A DNA stretch of 64,000 bases from Gemmatimonadota bacterium (GCA_020348925.1 CP070758.1:124001-188000), one strand, 5' to 3'. Shown: positions 39,172 through 49,930, numbered from the stretch's first letter. Notes: generated by a model not told the origin, from the letters alone. Numbers and translations are program-made.

Positions 39172-40893
39172 CTAATATCCTGCCGCCTGTCCATCCTTTC
39201 TCGATTCGGACGCGCCGTAGTATACGTCATTATCCGCGTCATAGAGGATCGCTTGGTATCCCCCGAAGGAGCCCACGTTCCAACCGACTTCGTGGCCCAT
39301 CTTCACCAGCTCGCGGACTGTCTCGTAATCGAACCCGGTCTCCAGGTAGACCATCCCGCCGTCGGTCATCACCTCACCTGTCGGCTGCGACGAGCCACGG
39401 TGCAGGATCCGCGGCGCGTCTCCGACCTCCTGAAGGTTCATCCCAAAATCGACGAGGTTCACCACAATCTGCACGTGGGCCTGAGGCTGCGTGGCACCAC
39501 CCATTACCCCGAAGCTCACCCATGGCTTATCATCCCGGGTAATAAAGGCGGGGATGATGGTATGAAAAGGGCGCTTGCTCGGTGCATATGCGTTGAACTC
39601 GCCCTCCTTAAGATTGAAGAGCATGCCCCGGTTCTGCAGGCTGAATCCCAGACCGTCTGGGCACATCCCAGAGCCCATACCCCAGTAATTGCTCTGAATC
39701 AGAGAGACCATGTTGCGATCCTTGTCGGCTACGGTCAGGTAGATCGTGTCGCCCTCGTGAAGAGCGGGATTGCCGGCCTCGTAAGCGCGACCGGCGCGCT
39801 TGGGATCGATCAATTTCCGCCGATTTTCAGCGTATGGTTTGGAAATCAATGCCTCGACCGGAATTGTGTTATACGCAGGATCGGCGTAGAACTTCGCCCG
39901 GTCCTCGAAGGCCAGTTTCTTCGCTTCGACGAATCGATGGATATAGTCGATGCTCCCAAATCCCATACCGGTGATGTCGAAACCTTCAAGAATATTGAGG
40001 ATTTGCAACGCGGCGATACCCTGGCCGTTGGGCGGCAGCTCCCACACACGAAAGCCGCGGTACGTCGTCGAGACCGGCTCAACCCACTCGCTCTCATGTG
40101 CGGCAAGATCCTCATAGGATAGAAAACCTCCGTGGTGCTGCATGAATTCAGCGATGGTACGAGCGATCTCACCGCGGTAGAAGGCATCGCGTCCGTCCTG
40201 AGCGATCTTCTCCAGTGTATTGGCGAGCTGCGAGTTGTGCCACATTTCACCCTTGCGCGGCGCGCGGCCGTCAATCGAAAACGTCTCAGGAAAACCCGGA
40301 TACTCCTGGCGAGCCTGCAATCCGAGTTCCCAGTTATAAGCGATCAACTCGCTGACAGGAAATCCCCGTCGGGCATACCGGATGGCCGGTGCCAGCACCT
40401 CTTTCAGGGGCAAATTACCGAACCGCTCGTGCAGTGCGTACCAGCCGTCGACGCAGCCTGGGACTGTTACGGGTAAAGGACCCAAGGGTGGTATGTACTC
40501 CAGGTCGCGTTTCCTGAGCTCAGCCAACGTTAGAGACTGGGGCGACCGACCACTGGCGTTCAAGCCATACAGCTTCTGCGTTTCGGCGCCCCAGATGATG
40601 GCGAACAGATCGCCGCCGATACCGCAGCCCGTCGGTTCCATGAGGCACAGGCAGGCGTTGGCCGCAATGGCCGCGTCCACGGCGTTCCCCCCGGCCTTGA
40701 GGATATCCAGGGCGACCCCTGTGGCCAGCGGTTGGCTTGTGGCCGCCATGCCGTGCCGGGCGATCACCTCCGACCGGGTGGCGAACGACTTCCCGGTAAT
40801 ACGATCAGCCCCCAGGGCGTCCATTGAGAACAGAAGATTCGTAATTATCAGGAGTAAAAAGGGTTTTAACAGGATACTCTTCTCGGTTCTCAT
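39172..40893 (-). CDS. ggt: Gamma-glutamyltransferase
   Basis: GGNAVDAAIA, GIGGDLF, VTVPG, GDTIYLTVAD (autocleavage Thr), KRPFHTIIP, GVMGG..QPQ. Confidence 0.93.
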   Translation of the reverse strand: MRTEKSILLKPFLLLIITNLLFSMDALGADRITGKSFATRSEVIARHGMAATSQPLATGVALDILKAGGNAVDAAIAANACLCLMEPTGCGIGGDLFAIIWGAETQKLYGLNASGRSPQSLTLAELRKRDLEYIPPLGPLPVTVPGCVDGWYALHERFGNLPLKEVLAPAIRYARRGFPVSELIAYNWELGLQARQEYPGFPETFSIDGRAPRKGEMWHNSQLANTLEKIAQDGRDAFYRGEIARTIAEFMQHHGGFLSYEDLAAHESEWVEPVSTTYRGFRVWELPPNGQGIAALQILNILEGFDITGMGFGSIDYIHRFVEAKKLAFEDRAKFYADPAYNTIPVEALISKPYAENRRKLIDPKRAGRAYEAGNPALHEGDTIYLTVADKDRNMVSLIQSNYWGMGSGMCPDGLGFSLQNRGMLFNLKEGEFNAYAPSKRPFHTIIPAFITRDDKPWVSFGVMGGATQPQAHVQIVVNLVDFGMNLQEVGDAPRILHRGSSQPTGEVMTDGGMVYLETGFDYETVRELVKMGHEVGWNVGSFGGYQAILYDADNDVYYGASESRKDGQAAGY

Positions 40894-40994
40894 TGCGGTT
40901 TCCCCTTGCTGAGATATTTTTTAGTGGATTGCAATATCCGTAATGCACAGAAATCGTTTATTAATGAGTATGGTGTCCCCCTATTTCCTCTGTT

Positions 40995-43106
40995 TCACTG
41001 CCTCAGGCTCAGGCTCACTTTTCCTTTTTTCGGATCTACTGCGATGACAAGGATTTGGGGGAGATACTGGTTGACCGACAGAATTTCCAGAGGGTGGGAA
41101 ATCCGTGTACTACTCAGTTGGGAAATATGGATGAGCCCGTCGTTTTTCAGGCCGATATCCACGAATGCACCAAAGTCCACGATGCTCCTTACCACGCCGG
41201 AAACGATGCTGCCCTCTTTCAGCATCGAGATATCGGTCACGTCATCGCGGAAAGGAATCTCCGGCAGCTCCTGCCGCGGGTCGAAGCCGGGCTTTTGCAG
41301 TTCCTTGATAATATCTTCCAGGGTTTCCGGTCCAATTCCAAGCTCCGCGGCAATCCTCTCCGTTTCCTCCTGCCCTATCGCATGGACATCGTAGTGCTTG
41401 AGGAGTTTCCGGGCGGCATCGTAACTTTCGGGGTGAACCCCGGTGTTGTCCAAAATACTTTCACCGTTTCGTATGCGCAAGAACCCGGCGCATTGCTCAA
41501 AAGCTTTCGCTCCCAGGCCTTTTACATTCAATAGGGCCATTTTGCTCATGAAGGGGCCGTTTTTCTCTCGGTGTGCTACAATGCTCTTGGCCATTTTCGG
41601 GCCGATCCCGGCTACATAGGCAAGCAGGGAAGCCGAGGCACTGTTCACGTCCACCCCCACCCGGTTCACCAAGTCTTCCGTGGTTTCGTGGAGTTTCCGT
41701 TCCAACAGTTTCTGGTCCACGTCGTGCTGATATTGCCCGATGCCTAAGGACTTGGGATCGATCTTGACTAGGGCGGCCATAGGATCGCGAAGCCGCTGGG
41801 CGATGGAGATGGCCCCCCGGACGGTCACGTCCAGGTCCGGATACTCCTCCTGGCCCACTTTGGAGGCGGAGTAGACCGACGCTCCTGCCTCGGAGACCAC
41901 CGTGTATTTCAGGCGGCGTCCGTCCTCTCTGTTCAGCCGGGCGAAGAATTCCTGGGTCTCCCGGGAGGCCGTACCGTTGCCGATGGCCACGCCGTTGACG
42001 TTGTACTTTTCTACGAGTTCCAGTACCCGTTTTTTGGAGCCTTCGTAGTCGTTTTGGGGGGAGGTGGGGAAGATGACGCCGTGATCCAAGAATTTTCCGT
42101 TTTCGTCGATGACCGCCAGTTTGCAGCCGGTCCGGTAGGCCGGATCGACTCCCATGATGACCCTGCCCGTCACCGGCGGTGTCATCAGAAGCTGAACAAG
42201 ATTTTTACCGAACAAGGCGATGGCCTGCCGGTCCGCCCGCTCTTTCAAATCCCTGTGCATCTCCCGTTCGAGAGACGGGAGCAGCAAACGTTTCAGTCCA
42301 TCTTGGTATGCCGCAAAAAGCAGCTCGTTTGAGCTCCTGGCGTTTTTCGGTATTTTAAACTTTCGAATATTTTCCTCGATACGCTCCGAGTTCAGGTCGA
42401 TTTTGACGGAAAGCTGTTTTTCCCGCGCTCCACGTGTAATGGCCAGATAGCGGTGTGAGGGGATATGGGCGATCCTTTCACTGTGCTCCTCGTAGTGAGT
42501 ATACCCCCCCTTGGAATCGAACTCCTTGCCCGGTTTCACCTCCAGAACCCCACTGCGCTGGGCCTGTCTCCGAAGAATCTCACGCTCTTTGGCGTCGTCG
42601 CTGTAGCGCTCCGCTACAATGTCCTGAGCCCCCTGGATGGCTTCATCCACGGAAACTACTTCATCATTTACGAATCCCTTCGCCCTGTCCTGAAAGGTTT
42701 CAAGGGTCAGCGCGGCGCTTTGCAGGAGGTCCGCCAGAGGCTCCAAACCCTTGGCCATGGCCAGCCCCGCCCGGGTGTTCTTTTTCTCTTTGTAAGGTCG
42801 GTAAAGATCCTCAAGCTCGGTAAGTGTCGTCGCCTCTTCGATGCTCTTTTGTATCTTCTCGTCCAAACGACCCCGCTCCTCGATAAGCCGGAGGATCTCC
42901 GCTTTTCTCTCCAAGAGTTTTTTGGAATAGGAGTATATCTCATCGAATTCCCGAAGCTGCTCGTCGCTCGCCCCTCCGGTCATCTCCTTCCGGTATCTGG
43001 CGATAAAAGGAATGGTCGCTCCTTCTTCGAGCAGGCTCAGGATGTTACCCACATGTTCGGGCTTGAGATTGGTTTTTTGGGTTAATAAGGGTATCAAGTT
43101 GTTCAT
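40995..43106 (-). CDS. tex: Tex family RNA-binding transcriptional accessory protein
   Basis: GATIPFIARYRKE, GVDPAYRTGCK, VSEAGASVYSAS, IGQYQHDV, C-terminal S1 domain. Confidence 0.95.
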   Translation of the reverse strand: MNNLIPLLTQKTNLKPEHVGNILSLLEEGATIPFIARYRKEMTGGASDEQLREFDEIYSYSKKLLERKAEILRLIEERGRLDEKIQKSIEEATTLTELEDLYRPYKEKKNTRAGLAMAKGLEPLADLLQSAALTLETFQDRAKGFVNDEVVSVDEAIQGAQDIVAERYSDDAKEREILRRQAQRSGVLEVKPGKEFDSKGGYTHYEEHSERIAHIPSHRYLAITRGAREKQLSVKIDLNSERIEENIRKFKIPKNARSSNELLFAAYQDGLKRLLLPSLEREMHRDLKERADRQAIALFGKNLVQLLMTPPVTGRVIMGVDPAYRTGCKLAVIDENGKFLDHGVIFPTSPQNDYEGSKKRVLELVEKYNVNGVAIGNGTASRETQEFFARLNREDGRRLKYTVVSEAGASVYSASKVGQEEYPDLDVTVRGAISIAQRLRDPMAALVKIDPKSLGIGQYQHDVDQKLLERKLHETTEDLVNRVGVDVNSASASLLAYVAGIGPKMAKSIVAHREKNGPFMSKMALLNVKGLGAKAFEQCAGFLRIRNGESILDNTGVHPESYDAARKLLKHYDVHAIGQEETERIAAELGIGPETLEDIIKELQKPGFDPRQELPEIPFRDDVTDISMLKEGSIVSGVVRSIVDFGAFVDIGLKNDGLIHISQLSSTRISHPLEILSVNQYLPQILVIAVDPKKGKVSLSLRQ

Positions 43107-43228
43107 CGGTCAACTGTCAATGTTATGGGAATGACAACAACATGAAAAGAGAAGGAGAAACAATAAGCATGTTCCTTTTAAGACACTCGAGATCCGAACG
43201 CAAATCAGTGAAAAGCATATCTTCTATA

Positions 43229-44641
43229 TTAAAATCCATCATCTTTGATTTCCTTGTCTATTATTTCACCGTACTTTTGGACCGCATGGCGTATCTCTGA
43301 GGCCTTACCGATCAGGACAAACTGCAAGTTGTCCGAGGGGAAATAGTCATCGATAACCTGTCTCGCTTTTTCTAGAGTCATCTCATCGACATTCTTTTGA
43401 AAGTCATTGATAAAAGATTCGTCAAAATCGTATACAAACATGGATGTTAACAGTGAAGCCAGGCTTCCTGCCGTCTCGTATCTCGGTGGGTATTGACCCT
43501 TGATGTAGTTTTTGGCAGATATCAGGGTCTCTTCGTCAAGGCCTTGGGTGTGCAATCGGTCCAATATCTCCAGCGTTACGTCGATGGCTTCAATGGTTGT
43601 CTCTGTCGGGGTGAAACTGCTGATTTGAAAGGTGCCAGTGTCTTTGAGTTCGTTGAAATAACTGTAGACGCCGTAGGTCAATCCTCTATTGATGCGCAGC
43701 TCGTCGTTGAGCCATGAAGTAAATCTTCCGCCTAAGACGGTGTTGACGACCTGGACCGGTACGTAATCCGGATTACTGCGTTTGATCCCGAAACTGCCGA
43801 TCATAAACCTTGTCTCCGTGGCATCTTCCTTGTTTACGAGAAGAAGCCTGTTCGTGCGAATAGATGATATCGGTTCATGCTGTATTGAAAAGGTCATCCC
43901 TTTTCCCTTCCAATTCCGAAAGAGTCTAGTGATATCTTCCTTCATTTTGGACGTCTCAAAGTCACCCACGATGGCTATGGCGGAACCTCCGGGATTGTAA
44001 TGTGCCGCATAGAAATTATTTACATCCTTTACCGAGATATCGGATACGCTCCCTATGATGCCGGAGGTCGGATTTCCATAGGGGTGGTCTTGAAACAGAA
44101 ATTTGTCATAATAGGAACCAATGACTTTAGAGGGCTTTTCCTTTGCCTGTTCCAGTTCGACCAGGAGCCGTTTTTTTCTTTTCAGGAACTCTTCCTCATC
44201 AAAGGTCGGAAGCATCACGATGTCTTTCAATATCGGGAAAACCGTTTCCTGGTCCGTATTGACGAAGGACAGGGAAAGTTTTGCAAATTCTTTGGAAGAT
44301 GACGTTTCATAAGAAGCGCCGATAAAGTCCAGACTCTCTTCGATCTGCTTTTTAGTATAGTTCTGCGTGCCGAACAATAATCCCTCGGCAGTTAGAAAAG
44401 AAAGCCCGTAGGTCTCACCGTCATTGACAACACCGGCGGGGAAGACAAAGGAGACATAGATCAGCGGGACCTCATGCTGTTCCATCAGATAGACCGTCAG
44501 TCCGTTGTCCATGACAAATTTTTCAAAATCGGGCAGACGGAAGGGGCTTCCTGCTTCCGATGCCCGGCAAAAAGATCCTGTCATATCCATCATCAAACAG
44601 AACAGAATGAATGTCAGCAGTGTGAAACCAGGACGCTTCAT
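43229..44641 (-). CDS. M16 family (pitrilysin-like) peptidase, non-catalytic subunit
   Basis: MDNGLTVYL, HPYGNP, LGGRFTSWLNDELRINRGLTYGV; lacks HxxEH. Confidence 0.88.
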   Translation of the reverse strand: MKRPGFTLLTFILFCLMMDMTGSFCRASEAGSPFRLPDFEKFVMDNGLTVYLMEQHEVPLIYVSFVFPAGVVNDGETYGLSFLTAEGLLFGTQNYTKKQIEESLDFIGASYETSSSKEFAKLSLSFVNTDQETVFPILKDIVMLPTFDEEEFLKRKKRLLVELEQAKEKPSKVIGSYYDKFLFQDHPYGNPTSGIIGSVSDISVKDVNNFYAAHYNPGGSAIAIVGDFETSKMKEDITRLFRNWKGKGMTFSIQHEPISSIRTNRLLLVNKEDATETRFMIGSFGIKRSNPDYVPVQVVNTVLGGRFTSWLNDELRINRGLTYGVYSYFNELKDTGTFQISSFTPTETTIEAIDVTLEILDRLHTQGLDEETLISAKNYIKGQYPPRYETAGSLASLLTSMFVYDFDESFINDFQKNVDEMTLEKARQVIDDYFPSDNLQFVLIGKASEIRHAVQKYGEIIDKEIKDDGF

Positions 44642-44642
44642 C

Positions 44643-44897
44643 TTATCCCTCCTCTCCTTTCTTCAAGATGCCTACAGTGCGATTGGATTTTTTCAGGTAT
44701 TTTGCAGCGACCTCTTTAATATCTTCCGCAGTTACGCTCTTATAGTCTTCGGGAGCAGTGAATAGCTTCTTAAAATCTCCGAAAAAGAGTTCGTAGGTTC
44801 CGATCGTGTTCGCTTTGCCGTTGATTTTCTCCATCTCGTGATAGAAATCGACCAGCTTGCGGTTTTTCACTTTTTGCAGTTCCTGCTCGGTTATACC
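44643..44897 (-). CDS. M16 family peptidase, C-terminal fragment (truncated by gap)
   Basis: GITEQELQKVKN...VTAEDIKEVAAKYLKKSNRTVG; adjacent to its M16 partner. Confidence 0.8.
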   Translation of the reverse strand, partial: GITEQELQKVKNRKLVDFYHEMEKINGKANTIGTYELFFGDFKKLFTAPEDYKSVTAEDIKEVAAKYLKKSNRTVGILKKGEEG

Positions 44898-44997
44898 NNN
44901 NNNNNNNNNNNNNNNNNNNNNNNNNNNNNNNNNNNNNNNNNNNNNNNNNNNNNNNNNNNNNNNNNNNNNNNNNNNNNNNNNNNNNNNNNNNNNNNNN
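44898..44997. other. Assembly gap (100 N)
   Basis: Run of N. Confidence 1.
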
Positions 44998-47049
44998 ACG
45001 GATGAAGATAAGCTCACGGCTTTTTTTGGATTTTGGTTGTCAAGCCTCAGTATTGCCTCTCTTTGCATCCAGCTCTTCCTAACCGGCCGCATATTGAGAG
45101 TGTTTGGTGTCATGGCGTCTCTGTCCTTTCTGCCTGTGGGAATTTTCATAGGTGCTGTGGGGATTTTGTTTCAACCGGCATTGTGGTCCGCAGTCTTCAT
45201 CAAGGTGAGTGACGGCAGCTTCAAACATTCCATCTACAAAGCCGGTCTTGAGCTTCTCTATGTCCCAATTTCCAGCAAAGTGAAAAATCGCGTGAAATCT
45301 TTTATAGATATATTTATCGACAGTGCAGCAACCGGTATCGGCGGAATATTGTTAATCGCTTTTACTGCGTATCTGGGATTGCAGGTACAATACATCAGCT
45401 TCATTGTTATTGGATTCATTACTTTTTGGATGTATCTCATCATGAGGGTTCGGCGAGAATATGTCCATTCATTCCGGCAAGCTTTGGAAAAGCGATCTAT
45501 AGATTTGGATGTCCAAATGGTGAATGTCAAAGATGCTTCAGTCGTTGAAAGTCTTGTCAAAGTTTTGGATGGTCAGAATGAACGGCAAATATTATATGCA
45601 CTGCATATCGTTGAGAACGTGAAGAACGAAGAGTTCATTCCGTATTTCAGAAAGCTCCTTCATTCGCCTTCGGCTGAGATTAAAGTTCAAGTCTTGAGAA
45701 TACTGAACAAATATGAAGGTGTTGACTTCTCGACTGAAATTGAACAATTACTTCAAGATGAAAGTTTCGAGGTCAAAGTGCAAGCTCTGTGCTATATGTT
45801 ACACTATTCTCAAAATGGAAGAGAGACATTATTCCGTTTGCTCAATGATTCCGATCATCACGTTCGCAGTGCGGCTTTTCTGTGTATAGCATATGAATAT
45901 CGTGATAATAAAGAATTTCGAGAGCGCATTGATGCCAAGCAGGTCTTCGAGCAATTTGTTGATCAGTGTTATCGTATGGATTTGAATGAGAATGAGTTTC
46001 TTTTTGCGAAAAAAAATATGGCAGAGGTGATTGGAACACTCAAGATCCCCGATCTCTATCCTTTTTTAACGAATTTGCTGAATGACAATTCTCAAGAAGT
46101 GAAACGTGCCGCAATGAGAAGTGCTGGATTCACTCGGAACCTTGAGTTTGTACCTGTTTTGATCAAACATCTGAAAGAGAAACATGTGCGTCTCCATGCA
46201 CGAGATGCACTGAAAGAGTATGGTGAAGAAATCGTAGACATTTTAGCCCGACATTTTGAAGATCAATCCGAGGACAAGAGAATTCGAATCGAAATTATCA
46301 GGCTGTTGGCATCCATAGGTTCCCAGAAGTCGGTCCATGTCCTTGATAACCACCTTGGACACAGTGACCTGCATGTACGATACGAAACCGTAAAAGCGTT
46401 GAACAAATTAAAGGTTCGATTTTCAAATCTTAAATTGGACAATCAATCTCTGCACTCACGCATCATAGATGAGGTAAAGTATTATAACTGGATGGTAGGG
46501 TTATTACCACAACAAAAAGCATTTTCTACAGTTGAGGGAGGGGATAAATCTTCAGATGAATATCCTGACGGTTTCCATCTGGCACGAAATTTGTTAATGA
46601 ATGCTCTCATTGAAAAGCTTGATGTGTATTTGAAATTGATTTTTAGGCTACTGGGTTTGCGATACTCTTCGAAGGAAATATATAACGCATATCTCGGAGT
46701 CGTCAGCAACAAGTCGGATCTGCGGGCAAATGCTGTTGAATTTTTAGACAATATTCTTGATGCAGACTTCAAAAGGTTAATCATTCCGATTATTGAGGAA
46801 ACAGCTCCGAACCTGTTGATCCAGAAAACAAGACACATCCATGATTTTAATCTTGAAATAGAGCAGAAAAGCATTCAATTTCTTTTAAAAGGTGAAGATA
46901 ACTGGCTCAAGGTGTGCGCCTTATATTATATTGCAGAAATGAAGAACGATACGTATCGGGACAAGGTTCTGAAACTTGAAGATGATACGGATTCTCTTGT
47001 CAAGGAGACGGCTCAATATTATCTTGAGAGAATTGACACTCCTGCATAG
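44998..47049 (+). CDS. Npt1/Npt2-like (ATP/ADP translocase family) transporter fused to HEAT repeats, 5' truncated
   Basis: LTAFFG...QLFLTGRILRVFGV...ELLYVPI..VKNRVKSFID followed by HEAT repeats. Confidence 0.82.
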   Translation, partial: TDEDKLTAFFGFWLSSLSIASLCIQLFLTGRILRVFGVMASLSFLPVGIFIGAVGILFQPALWSAVFIKVSDGSFKHSIYKAGLELLYVPISSKVKNRVKSFIDIFIDSAATGIGGILLIAFTAYLGLQVQYISFIVIGFITFWMYLIMRVRREYVHSFRQALEKRSIDLDVQMVNVKDASVVESLVKVLDGQNERQILYALHIVENVKNEEFIPYFRKLLHSPSAEIKVQVLRILNKYEGVDFSTEIEQLLQDESFEVKVQALCYMLHYSQNGRETLFRLLNDSDHHVRSAAFLCIAYEYRDNKEFRERIDAKQVFEQFVDQCYRMDLNENEFLFAKKNMAEVIGTLKIPDLYPFLTNLLNDNSQEVKRAAMRSAGFTRNLEFVPVLIKHLKEKHVRLHARDALKEYGEEIVDILARHFEDQSEDKRIRIEIIRLLASIGSQKSVHVLDNHLGHSDLHVRYETVKALNKLKVRFSNLKLDNQSLHSRIIDEVKYYNWMVGLLPQQKAFSTVEGGDKSSDEYPDGFHLARNLLMNALIEKLDVYLKLIFRLLGLRYSSKEIYNAYLGVVSNKSDLRANAVEFLDNILDADFKRLIIPIIEETAPNLLIQKTRHIHDFNLEIEQKSIQFLLKGEDNWLKVCALYYIAEMKNDTYRDKVLKLEDDTDSLVKETAQYYLERIDTPA

Positions 47050-47121
47050 CGTGACACATGGGAGTGAGTTCTTTATCAAGATGCGAAATGAAACGATATC
47101 GAAAAGAGATGGAGAAGTCTC

Positions 47122-47568
47122 ATGCTGACGACTGTTGAAAGAGTCATCTTCTTACAGGAAATTGATATTTTTGAATATACCTCTACGGAAGATCTTGCCC
47201 ATATCGCGGCAATTACAGACGAAATTGAAATTGGACCGGATCAGGTTATATATAGAGAAGGCGACCCTCCGGACGCAATGTATATTGTTATTGAGGGGAG
47301 AGTCAGTCTGACCAGAGAGGGTCAGGGAGTGATCGAAAATGCGAAGCACAAAGATTATTTCGGTACCTGGGCCCTGTTCGATGATGAGCTCAGAAAATTC
47401 ACCGCTGTCACCCTGGAACAGAGCCGACTTCTCAAGATTGAGAAGGAGGATTTTATTGATTTGATTGCAGACCATGTTCAAATTACGCAAGGGATTCTCA
47501 AGGCGATGGCAAAGAGGCAGCGTCGCTTGATAGAAATAGTAGCAAAACGATATCCACAGAAGACGTAG
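47122..47568 (+). CDS. Cyclic nucleotide-binding domain protein
   Basis: MLTTVERVIFLQEIDIF, IYREGDPPDAMYIVIEGRV, YFGTWALFD. Confidence 0.9.
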   Translation: MLTTVERVIFLQEIDIFEYTSTEDLAHIAAITDEIEIGPDQVIYREGDPPDAMYIVIEGRVSLTREGQGVIENAKHKDYFGTWALFDDELRKFTAVTLEQSRLLKIEKEDFIDLIADHVQITQGILKAMAKRQRRLIEIVAKRYPQKT

Positions 47569-47727
47569 GACAAAACACATCATTAGTATTCTGGATATGG
47601 GAGCTGGATGATTATAATACCGATGACTCTCCACAAAAATGGATCGAAATAATCTTGCAACCTTATTCTTTTTTAACTATTTTATATAATTAATCTTATG
47701 TATGTAAGACATTCTTAGGAGAACAAC

Positions 47728-48210
47728 ATGGCAGATCAAGGTACAGACGAAACAATCGTAATCGTTGACGATGAGGAGATGGTTCTCACCAGCCTCAACT
47801 CTTTCTTGTCTTTAGAAACAGAATATCATGTACGAAATTTCACCTCCGCAAGAGACGCCTTGGAATATGTGACGAACAATAATGTTGATTTGGTCGTGTC
47901 CGATTATCTTATGCCTGAAATGGACGGCATCTCCTTTTTAGCCGAGGTTAAAAAGGTAAAACCGGAAGTCCCGAGGATTATTCTTACCGGATATGCCGAC
48001 AAAGAAAACGCCATAAAGGCGATCAATGAAGTGGGGCTCTTTCAATACATTGAAAAACCGTGGGAAAATGACGATCTTCTCATCATTTTCCGGAACGGTC
48101 TGGAGAAACAACGATTGATGAAACGGCTTCAGAGTAAGATCGAAGAAATTAACAGTGCCTACGGTGAGCTTCAGAATCTCCAGCGAGAAATCGTAAAGAC
48201 GTTTGTCTAA
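47728..48210 (+). CDS. Response regulator (receiver domain + coiled coil)
   Basis: IVIVDDE, VVSDYLMPEMDG, ILTGYAD, YIEKPW. Confidence 0.92.
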   Translation: MADQGTDETIVIVDDEEMVLTSLNSFLSLETEYHVRNFTSARDALEYVTNNNVDLVVSDYLMPEMDGISFLAEVKKVKPEVPRIILTGYADKENAIKAINEVGLFQYIEKPWENDDLLIIFRNGLEKQRLMKRLQSKIEEINSAYGELQNLQREIVKTFV

Positions 48211-48245
48211 TTCTGTAAAGCCATTAGATTACACAATAAAACACA

Positions 48246-48472
48246 TAACCTGGATTATTCGTAAAATCAAAGCAAGCTTAACGCAGAATAAATATATTTA
48301 AAAAGCTAGAATGAGCACAGGTTTTAGACTTTGTTCCATGCCATCTTCCGTAATGAGAAACTCTGTCATTCCGGGTTAATCCCGGAATCTCCCCAATAGA
48401 GAATATGTAACACCAATTGAGGAGATTCCAACACTCCTGCCGGAATGACAATTCATCAATAGGACAGGATAA
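48246..48472. mobile_element. MITE-like element, copy 2
   Basis: TAACCTGGATTATTCGTAAAA...CTCTGTCATTCCGGGTTAATCCCGGAAT...GGAATGACAATTCATCAATAGGACAGGATAA, collinear with 9796-9969. Confidence 0.6.
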
Positions 48473-48546
48473 ATATCTCACCACGAAACGATGTTGGGTT
48501 CATGATCACGCCCCTTTTCCGCGGCATCCTCTCAAGCGGCGGGCGT

Positions 48547-49662
48547 TCACTTCCACTCGTCAGGAATATCGACAACGAGGGCGAAAGGGGGATCCTTCGG
48601 CCATTGATCGTAGATAACGATTAAGCGGTCACCTTCTTCAAGCCAATCAAGCCCCTCCCAGTTTATATTTTCCCATTTTTTTTCTTCGAGTAATGCTGTG
48701 ACTGTTGCCATATGTTTGATCGTCTCGTGGCTCAAATGCGGAGGGATTTTTTCGTTGAATTTTTTTAGGGCCTCTCTTCCGATAGCGTTTAGATGCAAAG
48801 GATCACCGACAGGGTTGCCTTCAAGAGTGAACCGCTGCAGGATTTTTGTCTTAAATTCTTTGGAGATGGTCGTATTGTCGGGAGGTGAGTTTTCCGACGA
48901 TAAAAGAACAATAAATCCTTCCTCAAAGTGTCCCTTCTTTGTATCCCTGGACCAGCTGTGCCAGACCAGGTCAGTGCCGCGAAACCGTTGAGCCCCTGGT
49001 GGGTCGCCGGTAGGCTCGGGTACATTGAGAGGTATGTAGTGCGCGGGATCTTCAATGCATTCTGCTGCATCGCCTCTCTGTAATTCATGGACAATGATGA
49101 TGGGTCTCAACGGGAGTCTTCCCGCTGGTTCGCGGAGGTCCACCGGTACGAGTTCGTATATAGGATACCCGCCCTCCCAGAGTACGGCAATTTTTGAAGT
49201 CCCGTCATCAAGCGGCTTGACAGCGAGCCCCTCCAGGCCTCGGTTCCCGAATTCGGTCACGGTTTTATCATATTCGGCGAGAACCGAAAAGTGGTCGCTT
49301 TTAAGATTTTTCTGTGCTATGAGGCAGTGCAATTGTTCGGACAGTACTGCTATCCGACCGTCCGCCAAAACGTCGATACTTTCAAGATCCATGGCTAACG
49401 CCGCCCCGTGCATGGGTATTTCTTTTACTTTCACAGGATCGATCGGAATGATGGGTCCTATTTGGCCGTTGAGTGGAAATTCAAAATACATGCCATCGGC
49501 ATCGTCTCCGACAATGAGGAGTTTGTCATCGACCCTTGTGATACCGGAGGCTTCTCGGATCACGATGCTCTGTTTCTGTTCAGGAACCTTCGTACAAGTA
49601 AAGAGGGTGACTGTGGCAGAGAGGAGAAGTATCAGGTATTTTGTTGAAAAAGATCCTGTCAT
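48547..49662 (-). CDS. Hypothetical secreted/lipoprotein, probable beta-propeller (DUF3616/phytase-like)
   Basis: Signal ending LFTC; repeated EASGI, DLESI, GLEGL and NWEGL motifs. Confidence 0.6.
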   Translation of the reverse strand: MTGSFSTKYLILLLSATVTLFTCTKVPEQKQSIVIREASGITRVDDKLLIVGDDADGMYFEFPLNGQIGPIIPIDPVKVKEIPMHGAALAMDLESIDVLADGRIAVLSEQLHCLIAQKNLKSDHFSVLAEYDKTVTEFGNRGLEGLAVKPLDDGTSKIAVLWEGGYPIYELVPVDLREPAGRLPLRPIIIVHELQRGDAAECIEDPAHYIPLNVPEPTGDPPGAQRFRGTDLVWHSWSRDTKKGHFEEGFIVLLSSENSPPDNTTISKEFKTKILQRFTLEGNPVGDPLHLNAIGREALKKFNEKIPPHLSHETIKHMATVTALLEEKKWENINWEGLDWLEEGDRLIVIYDQWPKDPPFALVVDIPDEWK

Positions 49663-49866
49663 GCGGGTAAAATAAAATGAAAATATATGAATGCCAAATT
49701 TTTTGTTTTAGGACGGAGTATGTTTTGTTTCTTTCGAAGTGCTTACAATTGGTTTTGCAATTAGAAGAGGTGATGAATCCCCGCACCCCATCGAAATTTT
49801 AACGGCTAACCATACGATCGACACCGGATAGATGTCCCACGCGCTACAATTCATAGTCCCCAAAAT

Positions 49867-49904
49867 AAAAAGGCCACTTCTCATCTGGAGTAAGGGAGTG
49901 ACCT
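49867..49904 (-). terminator. Terminator after the CTD-bearing gene
   Basis: AGGTCACTCCC...GAAGTGGCCT plus T-run on the minus strand. Confidence 0.6.
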
Positions 49905-49930
49905 ATGACAATAAAGTTTCAGGGTGTATC

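Noticed and set aside
49804-49830. GGCTAAC half-attC
   Set aside because: No complementary L'/R' arm found and no co-oriented upstream gene
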